From contig NC_068990.1 of assembly GCF_001194135.2 (NCBI RefSeq), forward strand, positions 32,792,213 to 32,836,179: DNA of 43,967 bases. Reading direction: 5' to 3'. The position numbers were made by a program, and so were the translations under genes. This document shows positions 1 to 11,272 of this stretch, in pieces. This stretch comes from Octopus bimaculoides (taxonomy: Eukaryota). The notes under the pieces were generated by a model, which saw nothing but the letters and a program-made list of their open reading frames with translations, ran no database searches and was not told the origin of the DNA. Each line of letters starts with the position of its first letter. Within the stretch, counting starts at the first letter, position 1.

Positions 1-260
1 GAACTTCTTTCCCGTACTTCTGCTGGAATCTTTCTCGTTTTACACATATCTCAATCTCGAAAAGTTTGAGAATATAAAATATGAAAAAAGGTAATAATAC
101 AGTAAAATTGTTGAATGGGGAAAAATATTGAGATTTTGGAAATTTTAAATAAATTTTTGCAAGTATGTCTTATTGTTACTGGTGTTATTTCAGAACCTAT
201 ATTTAAATATTATTTATTTTGATATTTAAAGTTATGTATTTCTGGATCTACTTTTTGTGA

Positions 261-299
<39 letters not shown>

Positions 300-599
300 G
301 GTTTTATTACATTCTGTTTACAATTTCAAAACAGAAATTTGAAAAATAAATTGTGAAGGAAATAAATAAAATAATGCGAATGTTTCATTTTTTTTGTATT
401 TTCGTATTCTATGCCACTACTAATACTATTAAAAAAAAAATATATATGCCTGATAAAAAAAGAAAAAAAAGAAGCCAAAATTCACTGGAGAAAATGTTTT
501 GGTGAAATGTTATACTTTTCTTCATAAGAACATGATTTTTAAGTAAATCTTTGATATGGAAAAACGAAGAATATAATAGTGAACAGTGATAAAAATATA

Positions 600-811
600 G
601 GTTTCAAATTTTGGCACAGGGCCAGTAATATTGGAGGAGGGGCTAAGTCAATTAAATAAACCCCAGTGTGAAACTGGTACTTTTTTTTTAATCAACCCCT
701 AAAGGATGAAAGGCAAATTTGACCTTGGCAGAATTTGAACCTAGATTGTGAAAATGAATAAAGCACCACCAAGCCTTTTGCCCAGCATGCTAACAATTCT
801 GCCACCTTGCC
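600..811 (-). mobile_element. tRNA-derived SINE, family B (Deu/Nin-domain-like)
   Basis: The reverse strand carries a B-box-like GGTTCAAATTC followed by GCCAAGGTCAAATTTGCCTTTCATCCTTT. It aligns with copies at 1144, 5757, 11273 and 24370. Confidence 0.7.
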
Positions 812-1143
812 AACCTAACATTGACAAAAATATTAACAATCAGTGAAGGAGTCCTGCTAGATATATCAGGCTAATCTCCCTCAAACCACACCCAACCATC
901 AGGAAACTGATATATATAACCAGAAAATGTAGTGCTGGATATATATTAAAATACAGACAAGATGGTCACAAATAGAATGTTATTTATTATGCTTTACTTA
1001 AGCATGATTAATTTGAAGTTAAACAACAACAGCTTCTAGAAAACCTGCAGAAATGAGCATAAAATGGTTTGTTGCTATCAGTCAGAAAATTTACATGGAA
1101 TATGTAATCATAAACCCTTTTCAATATTATAGCAAAATATACA

Positions 1144-1358
1144 GGCAGTGAGCTGGCAGGGTTGTTAGCATGCTGGGTATAATGCTTAACAGTATTTCGT
1201 CCATTTTCACATTCTGAGTTCAAATTCTGCCAAGGTCGACTTTGCCTTTCATCCCTTTGTGGTCAATAAAATAAGTACCAGTTGTGTAGTGATGGTCGAT
1301 GTAACTAAATTACCCCTCCCCTAAAACTGCTGGCTCTGTGCCAAAATTTGAAACCAAT
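1144..1358 (+). mobile_element. tRNA-derived SINE, family B
   Basis: Head GTGAGCTGGCAG..GTTAGC, B box GAGTTCAAATTC, core GGTCGACTTTGCCTTTCATCC...AAGTACCAG (resembles the Deu/Nin domain, from memory), tail AAAATTTGAAACC. Confidence 0.75.
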
Positions 1359-1534
1359 GTTTTAACAAAATATCTTCCTATAGTGATTAGTAAAAAGTTT
1401 AAATGTCTTCAGTCTTAATTCTGAATTCAAGGCCAGAGACACAAATGAATCTACATAGAATCCTGGTGCATGTGTGTGTGTGTGTGTAAGTGCATGCATG
1501 CATGCATGTATATGTAATAAAATATATTACTGTA

Positions 1535-1700
1535 TAGTCTCAATCTTTGATGCTGGCTTGCAATGAACAGTTTGACAGTGTCCAAAGAACCAAAGAGTTG
1601 TGCAAGTGCCAATGTCTGTTTTAGCATTGTTTCTATAGCTGGATACTCTTCTTAATGCCATCCACTTTACAGAGTATCCTAGAGTTGTTTTTTTTAATAA
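1535..1700 (-). mobile_element. degenerate RTE 3'-tail-derived repeat
   Basis: The minus strand reads ACTCTGTAAAGTGGATGGCATTAAGAAGAGTATCCAGCTATAGAAAC, similar to the RTE 3'UTR at 9308-9355. Confidence 0.45.
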
Positions 1701-1739
1701 CACAAGCATCAGTGAGGTTATAATTTGTAATTATTGTGT

Positions 1740-2560
1740 ATTAATTGGTACAAAAATATTTTTCGTGAATATTATATATTAATAATTAAATAATACTATG
1801 ATTTTTATAAAATAAATAATATAAATATTTTAATTAATTTATTTAATGTAAATATATTAATTTATAATATTTTAGCTTCTTTGATATATGTTATATAATT
1901 TACGTATTTTAGTTTTAATTCAATAGACATTAAAATTATTTAGATTTTAAAATTTCCAGTAAATGTTTATAATACAGTTAATTTTTATTATGATTAAAGC
2001 TAAGATACATTTCGATTTTATAAATAAAACTTACATACATGTTTATATATCTCTTTATTCTATTACATTTCTTTACGCCATATTTTCACGTGACTTAATT
2101 CTAATAAACGCTAAGTTAATAGTGTAACGTTTAAAATTTTAGTTTAAACTAAAGCTTCGATAAGTTTTGTATTTATTTTCAGGAATATTGTTAAATGTTT
2201 TTCTTTTATTTATTAGTAAGATAAGTATTTTTATATAAATTCATTTGATATTTATTGTTAGTTGATATATATACATTCATTTTATTATTATTATTATTGT
2301 ATCTTGACCTGAAGATTAGCTATATTTTTGAATAGAATTGATTTTCAGTCGATTTATTTTGAATTGATTTAATTTTTATTTTATTTTCTATTTGAAAATG
2401 TGGTTATGAAACACATGTAGTCATTTTTATTATTTTAATATTTATTACTTTGTAATTTTTTTATTTTTATTATAGGTCTTTTTAGTGTATTTACTTATTA
2501 AATTTTTCTATATGTGATTGTGGATTTTCATGGATGAATTCAATAATTGTGGTTTTTTTC
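1740..2560. other. extremely AT-rich low-complexity tract
   Basis: Visibly very low GC with no long ORF. Confidence 0.7.
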
Positions 2561-2563
2561 TCT

Positions 2564-2607
<44 letters not shown>

Positions 2608-2820
2608 TAATATCAGGGTAATAAGAAATATTAGAAATTTCTACTGAAACCATGATCCAGGAGATAGCTGGTAAATGTTTTTATTTTTCATTCCCTTCGC
2701 AGTTTATCCCTAAATAGTGGTTTGGATTTTAGCTGGTCCTTCTAGCGTGCAAGGAATCCTACGACAGATACCTCTTATGTGTTTAAATGTACACTGTATT
2801 TATATATATATATATATGAA

Positions 2821-2864
<44 letters not shown>

Positions 2865-3744
2865 TCTGAATGCATCTCTTGTATTATAGTTTCATTGGCA
2901 GTGACTGCAAAGCTTCACTGGACAGGGCTTATTTAAACTGTCTCACTATGCCACAAGTAATGAAACGTCTAAGTCACTGTCAATCAAATTACAATACACA
3001 CACACATATAAAGATATATAAGAAGGGAGATATCATTGTCATAATTTTACATCTGCTTTCCATGCTGGATTAAATGGGGTGGAAACATATTTTCTTTGCC
3101 CATTCAGTTTTTGGCATGATTTACATTGCATTATGTCTTTCCTAACACTAATCACTCAAAATGTAAGTGGTGCATTTTATCAAAGCACCATCCTTAGTGA
3201 AGTTGCTATGTTTTTTGGCAACACAGTAAAGTCAAAGTCTTCTCTATTCTTTGTGTCTGACTACCAACCACCTTATACAATGTTGGATGCATTCTGTCAT
3301 GGCACTAACAGGAGAGAAGTTATTTTGATTCTAGTAAGACTAAAGTAGCATATTCTATGTTGTCTCTGTCGTTCATTCAAGACTGTTACCAAAAGGGTGA
3401 ATAAAAGAGAGAGAGAGAGAGAGACGAAGAGATAGAATTGCTGTGGAAATGTGACGGAAGAGAGATTATGATGTCGAAAGGGATTATTACGAGGGAACAG
3501 GGCAAAAGTGTGATAGAGGAGGCAATAAGTATTAGAAGAGGAATAATGATGGCAATGGTATGTTGGTCGGAAGAGTTAATAGAAAATGGCATAAATAATT
3601 TGATGGTGAAAGAGAAATGATTGGAAACAGACATATATACTATATCATCATTTCTGTCATTATCCTTATCATCGTATTATGTTCACTTTCCATGCTGGCG
3701 TGAATTAGATGTATTCAGCCATGTATATACTAGTGTTTTTGTGT

Positions 3745-4089
3745 ATTCTTTTATTTGTTTCAGTCATTTGACTGTAGTCATGCTGGAGCACCGCCTTTAG
3801 TCGAACTAATTGACCCCAGAACTATTCATTGTAAGCCTGGTACTTATTCTATCTGTCTCTTTTGCCGAATCACTGGGGACGTAAACACACCAACATCAGT
3901 TGTCAAGTGATGGTAGGGGGGTGCAAACACAGATATACCGATACATACATATATATATGTATGACAGGCTTCTTTCAGTTTCCATCTACCAAATCCACTT
4001 ACAAGGCTCTAGTAGAAGACACTTGCCCAAGGTGCCATGCATGTGGTTGGGAAGCAAGCTTCTTACCATACAGCCACTCCTGTGCCTAA
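3745..4089 (-). mobile_element. tRNA-derived SINE, family A (CORE-like, CR1-type tail)
   Basis: Minus-strand head GCACAGGAGTGGCTGTATGGTAAGAAGC, then GGCACCTTGGGCAAGTGTCTT, an internal microsatellite and a tail ending GACTGAAACAAATAAAAGAAT. It has two internal deletions relative to the 12972 copy. Confidence 0.8.
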
Positions 4090-4120
4090 ATGTATGTTTG
4101 CATTTATTATTCATGTATAC

Positions 4121-4244
4121 CTGAGTTCAAATTCTGCGGAAGTCGACTTTGCCTTTCATCCTTTCAGGGTCGATAAATTAAGTACCAGTTGCCTACTGAG
4201 ATCAATCAAAAATTTCGGGCCTAGTGCCTAAAGAAGAAAAGATT
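4121..4244 (+). mobile_element. 5'-truncated SINE family B
   Basis: GAGTTCAAATTCTGCGGAAGTCGACTTTGCCTTTCATCCTTTCAGGGTCGATAAATTAAGTACCAG. Confidence 0.75.
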
Positions 4245-5756
4245 GTTCATGTATACATCAGACTAAAATCTAGTGTTGTCTATGTTATGTCCCTTCGTGC
4301 TTTAACACTTTGCAGTTTGACAAATAGATTCTGATGAAATAGCACCAGACTGAAATGTTTACAAGATGGCACTCAACCACAATATGATTGCAGGCCAATG
4401 ATTGAAATCAATAAAAGAACATGACTTAGTTTATTTGTGGTGTTTGTGATCTAACTTCTTTCTTCTAAAAAATCGAAGTTAGAAATGTTACTTCACACAC
4501 TTTGAAGACAGAAAGACTAAAGTTTTACTGAGCTACACTGACAAGAGAGACCAACATGTGATATTTATGACTTTCCTCTGTAAGTGAAGTGGTGTTTGGA
4601 ATAGAGAATACATGAAATATGTAGTAAAGAATTACTCAAAACTTAAATCAGGACTTTGGTCTTTTGCACTCCTCTTAAGAATAATAACAAGGCTAGATTT
4701 TATAATGAACCCAAGAGAAGAAAAAGCAAAGTTCAGCAGTGAAAACTACTAATATTATTTGGAGTTTTAACAAAAATTAGAAGTAAAAATTATGGATATA
4801 GATATATATATGGGAAAAAAGTTTGAAAGAAAAAATTCTGCAAAAAATTTTTAAATAGATCACTAAATACAAATGAAGGAGAAAATAGGAAAAATGTAAA
4901 GAAATTAGGAATATGTATAAGTGATTTTTTATTCTAATTTTTAAACTTATGAAAATTTGTTTTTAAAGGCAGATATACAAAAACGAAAAAAATGTAAAAT
5001 GACAAAAAATATGAAAAACAGATTGAAAAGATGGCAAAAGAAAATTATGAAAAAAATAGAAATGAATAAATAATTTGTGGAAAGTAATGGAATGAACAAT
5101 ATGGATGTTGTGTGTCTTTTTAAAGATGACATTTAAATAACAAAAATATATGAACTGAGCAAAAGATGACAATAATTTATGAAAGAAACAATGTAAAAGT
5201 GTAAAAAAAAGACAAAAGTTTAAATAATAAAGATATGAAGATAAAATATAAATGAAGCAAATATAATGCTAAGCTATATAAAATAATAAATATCATGTCT
5301 ATTAATTTTTACTGTGTGTTTTTAAACTGAAAAATGGAGAAGTAACAGTTGATATTTGTGATCACGTTCTATTGTGGTAGACAATATTTTCAGTGTTTAA
5401 ATGGAGAGGTAATGACTTTGAATATCTTCATCTTTCTTACTTAGTAAACAAGGCTTATAGTTAAAGTTATCTTTAAGACTACAAACTGCTAAAATGAGTT
5501 GATTTCTGAAGAGAAGCAGAAATCCTTCACTTTTTCTGTCTGTTTCTCTATCTCTCTGTACACACACACCACACACACACATATAATTCTTTTATAAGAA
5601 CAGTTTTGGCTTGCTTAGATTTCATTTGGAGCAAGTCAAAACGTTGAAGTCACTGTCAATACTCTTCTTGTAAAAGAATAACAAATATGCACTCTACAAA
5701 AAGTATTGAGTAATCCTCCAAATTAATGTAAAATTGCTTTCATTATAACTCAATGT

Positions 5757-5974
5757 AAGGTGGTGAACTGGCGGAATCGTTAGCATGCCGGGTGAAATGA
5801 TCAGTGGTATTTTGTCTTCTGCTATGTTCCGAGTTCAAATTCCACTGAGGTCGACTTTACCTTTCATCCTTTTGGGGTCGATAAATTAGGTATCAGTTAC
5901 GTACTGGGGTCAATGTGATCCACTTACCCCCTCCCCAGAAAATCCAGGCATTGTGCTTTAATAGAAAGGATTAT
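5757..5974 (+). mobile_element. SINE family B, full length
   Basis: Head GGTGAACTGGCGGAATCGTTAGC, B box GAGTTCAAATTCC, Deu-like core and tail AGAAAGGATTAT. Confidence 0.8.
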
Positions 5975-6010
5975 AACCTGATGTAAAAAAAAAACCATTT
6001 ATACATACAA

Positions 6011-6050
<40 letters not shown>

Positions 6051-6208
6051 GGGCTTCTTTCAGTTTCCATCTACCAAATCCACTCACAAGGCTTTGTCAG
6101 ACTGAAGCTATAGTAGAAGGCACTTGCCCAAGGTGCCACTCAGTGGGACTGAACCTGGAACCAGGTGGTTGGGAAGCAAGCTTCCTACCACACAGCTATG
6201 CCTGCAGC
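6051..6208 (-). mobile_element. SINE family A, 5' half
   Basis: Matches 12972-13131 in reverse and ends at a (CA)n/(TA)n tract. Confidence 0.8.
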
Positions 6209-6218
6209 TGTATATATA

Positions 6219-6528
6219 TAAAGGTAAAAAAGAACTCTTTTGGTCATCAATGACCATGGGATTGCGCATAGGAAGTTCCCCTTTGAGGCACAAGTCTGGG
6301 CAAGGTTGTTTATGGAAAACCAGCAATCGCCCATGCATACCAGCCTCCCTTCTCTATGCTACTGATGTTATCCAAGGGAAAAGTAAAGGCTGATACTCCT
6401 TTCTACAGCTAAGTGAACTGGAGCATTTTGAAATAAAGTATCTTGCTCAAGAACACAAGACAGCCTGGTCTGGGAATCAAATTCACTATCTCACGATTGT
6501 GAGCTTGATGCCCTAACCATGGAGCCAT
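6219..6528 (-). mobile_element. tRNA-derived SINE, family C
   Basis: Reverse complement of the 39007-39355 copy: head with A/B-box-like motifs, GTGTTCTTGAGCAAGATACTT core and a GGTCA-n4-TGACC 3' hairpin. Confidence 0.7.
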
Positions 6529-6530
6529 CT

Positions 6531-6799
6531 TTCTTTTATTGTTTATTTTTTACTGGTTTCAGCCAGAACCTGAGGTCATGCAGGGGCACTGTCTTTCAGT
6601 GTGATTGTGTTACTTTCCGTATTGTTTTCGGTGAAGTAGTGAGTTGCGTGGAACTAATCTTCGTTGTGCTTCCTGCTGTAACGTAGGGTTATCTGGTATT
6701 TCAGATAAAAATTTGTCTAGAGGTTCTTTGAAGGCCTCCATATCTACACTTCAGAAATCTCTGAGGCTGTTCAGCAGAATTTTGAATAATTGTGGACTC
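6531..6799 (-). mobile_element. CR1-like LINE 3' end (ORF2 C-terminus plus 3'UTR)
   Basis: The minus strand translates SPQLFKILLNSLRDF*SVDMEAFKEPLDKFLSEIPDNP...NSLLHRKQYGK*, resembling CR1-clade ORF2 ends (LFN.LP...FK..LDKFL..IPD.P). An A-rich tail follows. Confidence 0.65.
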
Positions 6800-6822
6800 T
6801 TTTTTTTACTCTTTTCTTGATG

Positions 6823-6880
6823 CAGTGGGACTGAACCAGGAACCATGTGGTTGGTAAGCAAGCTATTTACCACACAGCCA
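6823..6880 (-). mobile_element. SINE family A head fragment
   Basis: GCAGTGGGACTGAACCAGGAACCATGTGGTTGGTAAGCAAGC..CCACACAGCC. Confidence 0.65.
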
Positions 6881-7256
6881 AACCCAAGCTATCACAGTAC
6901 TGGGTTGTTATTCTAGATGCAGAAGATGAGATCTTTGGTACTATGTACTACCCACAAACGTAAATGTAAATATATTTGTCTTATCTCTTCGTTATGAATG
7001 CACAGTACCACAAGCATCATACTCATCTTGGTCACATTCATTTTGCAGGAAGAGGAGACATTCTGAGACATTACAGAACGGAACCCCCAGCACCTTGACC
7101 TTACTTTTTCTGACCTTTAGCTGTTTGACCCTACAGGATGAAAACTCATGCACCCTAAATTAACTTTCTCTGATATCCAGCATGTTAACCTTGCTTTTGC
7201 AAGCTTTAATTGTAAATCTAATAGATACAATCTTGCAGTGAGATATTCTTCCCTCC

Positions 7257-7329
<73 letters not shown>

Positions 7330-8420
7330 GCATAGATACATACATATACATATGTAAGTATTTATATCTATACATACACACACACATACACATATACACA
7401 CATACACATATACAATCCCACTGCCTAAAAGAATGATTTACAAACTATTACTTAACTGCCAGCTACTTTTTTCTGTTGTTGTTGTTGCTCTTGTTGTTTT
7501 TGTCTGTCTTGAAAGTAAACTATTGTATTAAGTTGTTGTTGCTATTGTCTGTCTTAGAGGTGAATTACTGTTTGTTGTTACTGTTGTTGTTTGACTCAGG
7601 GTAAATTACTGCATCGGGGTGAGTGAGAAGATGAAGGCAGTACAGGTTGAAAGAAAAAAATGAAACTTTTAAAACATCAGAAACAACAACTGTGTAACTA
7701 TGAAGAATGTAATTTTTAGATAAGACTTAAAAGAAATGAAATTCAACATAAAAAGGCAAAACAGAAACAAAACATGATATATAAAAGAAATTTAACATTT
7801 TAAGAATTTTTCTTTTCCTTTTCCTTTCTTTCCCCAGAGAATTTTATTTGGTAAATTAGACTCAAGGTTTGAAACCATTTCCTGGCAGAGAAACTGTAAC
7901 AGTAACAAAAGACAACAAAAGAATCTGTGGAAACGATGAAGATTTAGTGTTAAACTTTCTGTGATGACAAGGATACTAATCACCACATTAATGAGTCATT
8001 AGTAATTATCTCAAGTAAAATAAACATAAATTTCAGCTATCATTTATAACGAGTATAAGGCATATTTTATGAGAGGAATTAACAATATTTTGTTTCATTG
8101 AAATGTATATTCAAAATAATAAGACATAAAAGAAAATTTACACAAATTAAAACTTCTTACACACACACACACACGCACACACACACACATAAATATATAT
8201 CTGTATATACAACATTCTTTACAAGCTTCCAAAGCTTGGAAATGTACCAAAAGAAATCGACCCCTATCTCCATAGATATCTATTATTAAATTAAGCTGCT
8301 AAGTCCACGTATGTCATGGGTCCCAGTTCTAACATCTATTTTTTACATGCTTGCCTGGGTCAGAAAGAATTCATTGAGACAGATTTTCTATGACTGCATA
8401 TATATATATATACCTTACCT

Positions 8421-9468
8421 CTTACCTCTGCTGGCGACAAAGGGACTCTCATTCAGAGTAAAAGGCAGACTGTATGACGCATGTGTATGAACAGCCATGC
8501 TACATGGCAGTGAAACATGGGCTGTGACTGCGGAGGACATGCCTAAGCTCGCAAGGAATGAAGCCAGTATGCTCCGCTGGATGTGTAATGTCAGTGTGCA
8601 TACCCGTCAGAGTGTAAGTATCTTGAGAGAAAAGCTGAACATCAGAAGCATCAGTTGTGGTGTGCAAGAGAGGCGATTGGGCTGGTATGGACATGTGGTG
8701 AGAATAGATGAGGATAGCTGCATGAAAAAGTGCCACACCCTAACAGTTGAGGGAACCCGTGGAAGAAGTAGGCCCAGGAAGACCTGGGCTGAGGTGGTGA
8801 GGCAAGACCTTCGAACATTGGGCCTCACCGAGGCAATGACTTCTGACCGAGACCTTTGGAAATGTGCTGTGCGTGAGAAGACCTGGCAAGCCAAGTGAGA
8901 CCTAAATCCAAGGCCTCTGCCAGGGGTGTAGCCAGCCCACTCATGCGTACCTTCCCTACATTGGACACTAAACTCCACTTGCGAAGGCTTGTTGAGGCAA
9001 GTGAAATCGAACTAAATTCGACGACTGGCACCCGTGCCAACGTCGTCTCCTTCATTGGACATGAAACTCAGCTTGCGAAGACTTATTGGAGCAAGCGAAT
9101 AGCGAAATCAGGATAGCACCTGTGCCCAGCATCACCTTTCTGGTACTTGTGCCCGTGACATGTGTAAGGATTTTCGAGCGAGATCGTTGCCAGTGCCCCT
9201 AGACTGGCTCTTGTGTGGGTTGCACATAAAATACACCATTTCGAGCGCGGCCATTGCCAGTACCGCCTGACTGGCGTTCGTGCGGGTGACACGTAAAAGC
9301 ACCCACTACACTCTCTGAGTGGTTGGTGTTAGGAAGGGCATCCAGCTGTAGAAACTCTGCCAAATCAGATTGAAGGCTGGTGTTGCCATCTGGTTTCACC
9401 AGTCCTCAGTCAAATCGTCCAACCCATGCTAGCATGGAAAGCGGACGTTAAACGATGATGATGATGAT
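8421..9468 (+). mobile_element. 5'-truncated RTE-clade LINE with full 3'UTR and (GAT)n tail
   Basis: Reads LPLLATKGLSFRVKGRLYDACV*TAMLHGSETW...RLGWYGHVVR...GRSRPRKTW...DRDLWK, a typical RTE ORF C-terminus. The 3'UTR ends GGACGTTAAAC(GAT)5. Confidence 0.9.
8422..8898 (+). pseudogene. RTE reverse-transcriptase ORF C-terminal remnant
   Basis: ORF-track 8497-8898 extends upstream in frame past one CGA>TGA-type stop. Confidence 0.85.
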
Positions 9469-9494
9469 CTATATCAATCTATATGTATATATAT

Positions 9495-9551
9495 ATGCAA
9501 CTGGTACTTAATTTATCGACCCCGAAAGGATGAAAGGCAGAGTCAACCTCA
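9495..9551 (-). mobile_element. SINE family B central fragment
   Basis: Minus strand: GAGGTTGACTCTGCCTTTCATCCTTTCGGGGTCGATAAATTAAGTACCAGTTGC. Confidence 0.75.
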
Positions 9552-9790
9552 TTATGTACATTATTTACACTTGACGGATATTTGTCCTTATCTTGTTTGT
9601 TGTTAACACAACATTTCGGGTGATATACCCTCCAGCCTTCATCCGGTGTCTTGGGAAATTTCGAACCTGGGTTCTCATTCCTAAGGTATTTTTTGATGTT
9701 ATCATTACTATTATTATTATTGCTCAGGTCACTACTGGGAATCAGACTTGGAATCAACAAGAAGGAGGATAGTTGGACATTTATTTGCAA
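9552..9790 (-). mobile_element. Penelope-type non-autonomous repeat carrying a hammerhead motif
   Basis: Contains the hammerhead-shaped motif at 9605-9650 and an (AAT)n run. Minimal hammerheads are characteristic of Penelope-like elements. Boundaries are approximate. Confidence 0.5.
9605..9650 (-). ncRNA. degenerate minimal type I hammerhead ribozyme
   Basis: Minus strand: GACAC-CGGAUGA-A-GGCUG-GAGGGUAUAU-CACCC-GAAA-U-GUU-GUGUU. Stem I is GACAC/GUGUU, stem II is GGCUG/CACCC (one mismatch), the core has U4>G, and the cleavage triplet is GUU. Confidence 0.6.
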
Positions 9791-9957
9791 TCACTACAAT
9801 TGTTTCTATGCAATGTAGTTCTCCAGGCTTGCAGGTATTGGGTTATGTAATCGTTTCCCTGCATTATGAGATCTAGTTGTATTTCCTCTGAAGGCAGATG
9901 AGCTTTATCCTGTACACTACGATGTTCTTAACAGAATATAACATAACTATATATCCT

Positions 9958-10107
9958 CATCGTTTAATGTCTGCCTTCCATGCTGACATGTGTTCGACAG
10001 TTAGACAGGAACTGGCCAGGGAGAAGATTGCACCAGACTTCTGTGTCTGTTCTGGGAAGGTTTTTATGGCTGGATGTCTTTCCTAACACCAACCACCCAG
10101 CAAAGTG
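9958..10107 (-). mobile_element. RTE 3'-tail-derived repeat
   Basis: CATCGTTTAATGTCTGCCTTCCATGCT...GCTGGATGTCTTTCCTAACACCAACCAC matches the RTE tail in reverse. Confidence 0.65.
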
Positions 10108-10109
10108 TT

Positions 10110-10172
<63 letters not shown>

Positions 10173-10977
10173 GTACATTTACACATCCACACACAAATTG
10201 AATAAAGAATGGATATTGTTGTTAAGTGCCAGGCTAGAACACAACCAGCAGACCTTTAAATCATAAGCATTCCAGTACTGACCATCACATTCTATTTTTT
10301 ATTAATCTTTCTGCATTGAGAACCACATTATTCAATATCACTTTCTTTTAAGATATAAGTGTTTTTGAATTATACGGGACATTTAGTTGTTATTTCTAGC
10401 AGGTTGGGAGACCCTGAAGAGTCAGATGACCCTGAAGAGTTGATTAGATGTTAATAAATGGACAAATGACATGAAGAGACCCTGAAGAGTTGATTAGATG
10501 TCAATTATCTAATCAAAAACAGAAGTGAGCAAAGTCTCAGTAGTAACGCTACCAATAGTAAGATTTGAACTCAAAACACCAGGTTTATGTAGTTACTTCA
10601 TTAATGATAGCTATTTGTATTATTTCTGCTTTGTTGACAATAATTCTAATTCAGTACAGGATTTCTATTATAAATTGTTATGACAGTATTAGTAGCGATT
10701 TGACAATATAAATAGGAACTGTAACCTTCAGTTTAGATTTGGTTGAGAATTTATAATACAAAGTGCTAATGAGCTGCACAGACAACAACATCAACAACAA
10801 CGGCAGCAGCACTGAGTCTTGTTTTAAAGATTATAGAAGATTGTCTATAGATGATACAAGTTCAGTATATATATATATGCATACATACACACACCTATTT
10901 GTCTCTCTTCATTGATTGTATATGACAGCCTGTATATATATTACTGTCTCTCTCTTTGCAAATAATATCTCAGAAAC

Positions 10978-11050
<73 letters not shown>

Positions 11051-11272
11051 TGTATATACGTGTGTGTTTATGAATATATGTTTCTGTAAATGGGCTTATA
11101 TAGCATGTGTGAATGCGATATAGAAGCATACACATGTACAAACAAACCTAAATATATGCACACACTTAAGCAAGTTGTATGTATGTGTATGTGTGTGTGT
11201 GTATTCATGTGTGCGTGTGTGTGTGTATATGAGTGTGTGTGTGTGTGTGTGTGTGAATATATAGCTTATTTC

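Noticed and set aside
6241-6256. GGTCA-n4-TGACC as a nuclear-receptor site (also 39313)
   Set aside because: It is the 3' stem-loop of SINE family C, present in both copies.
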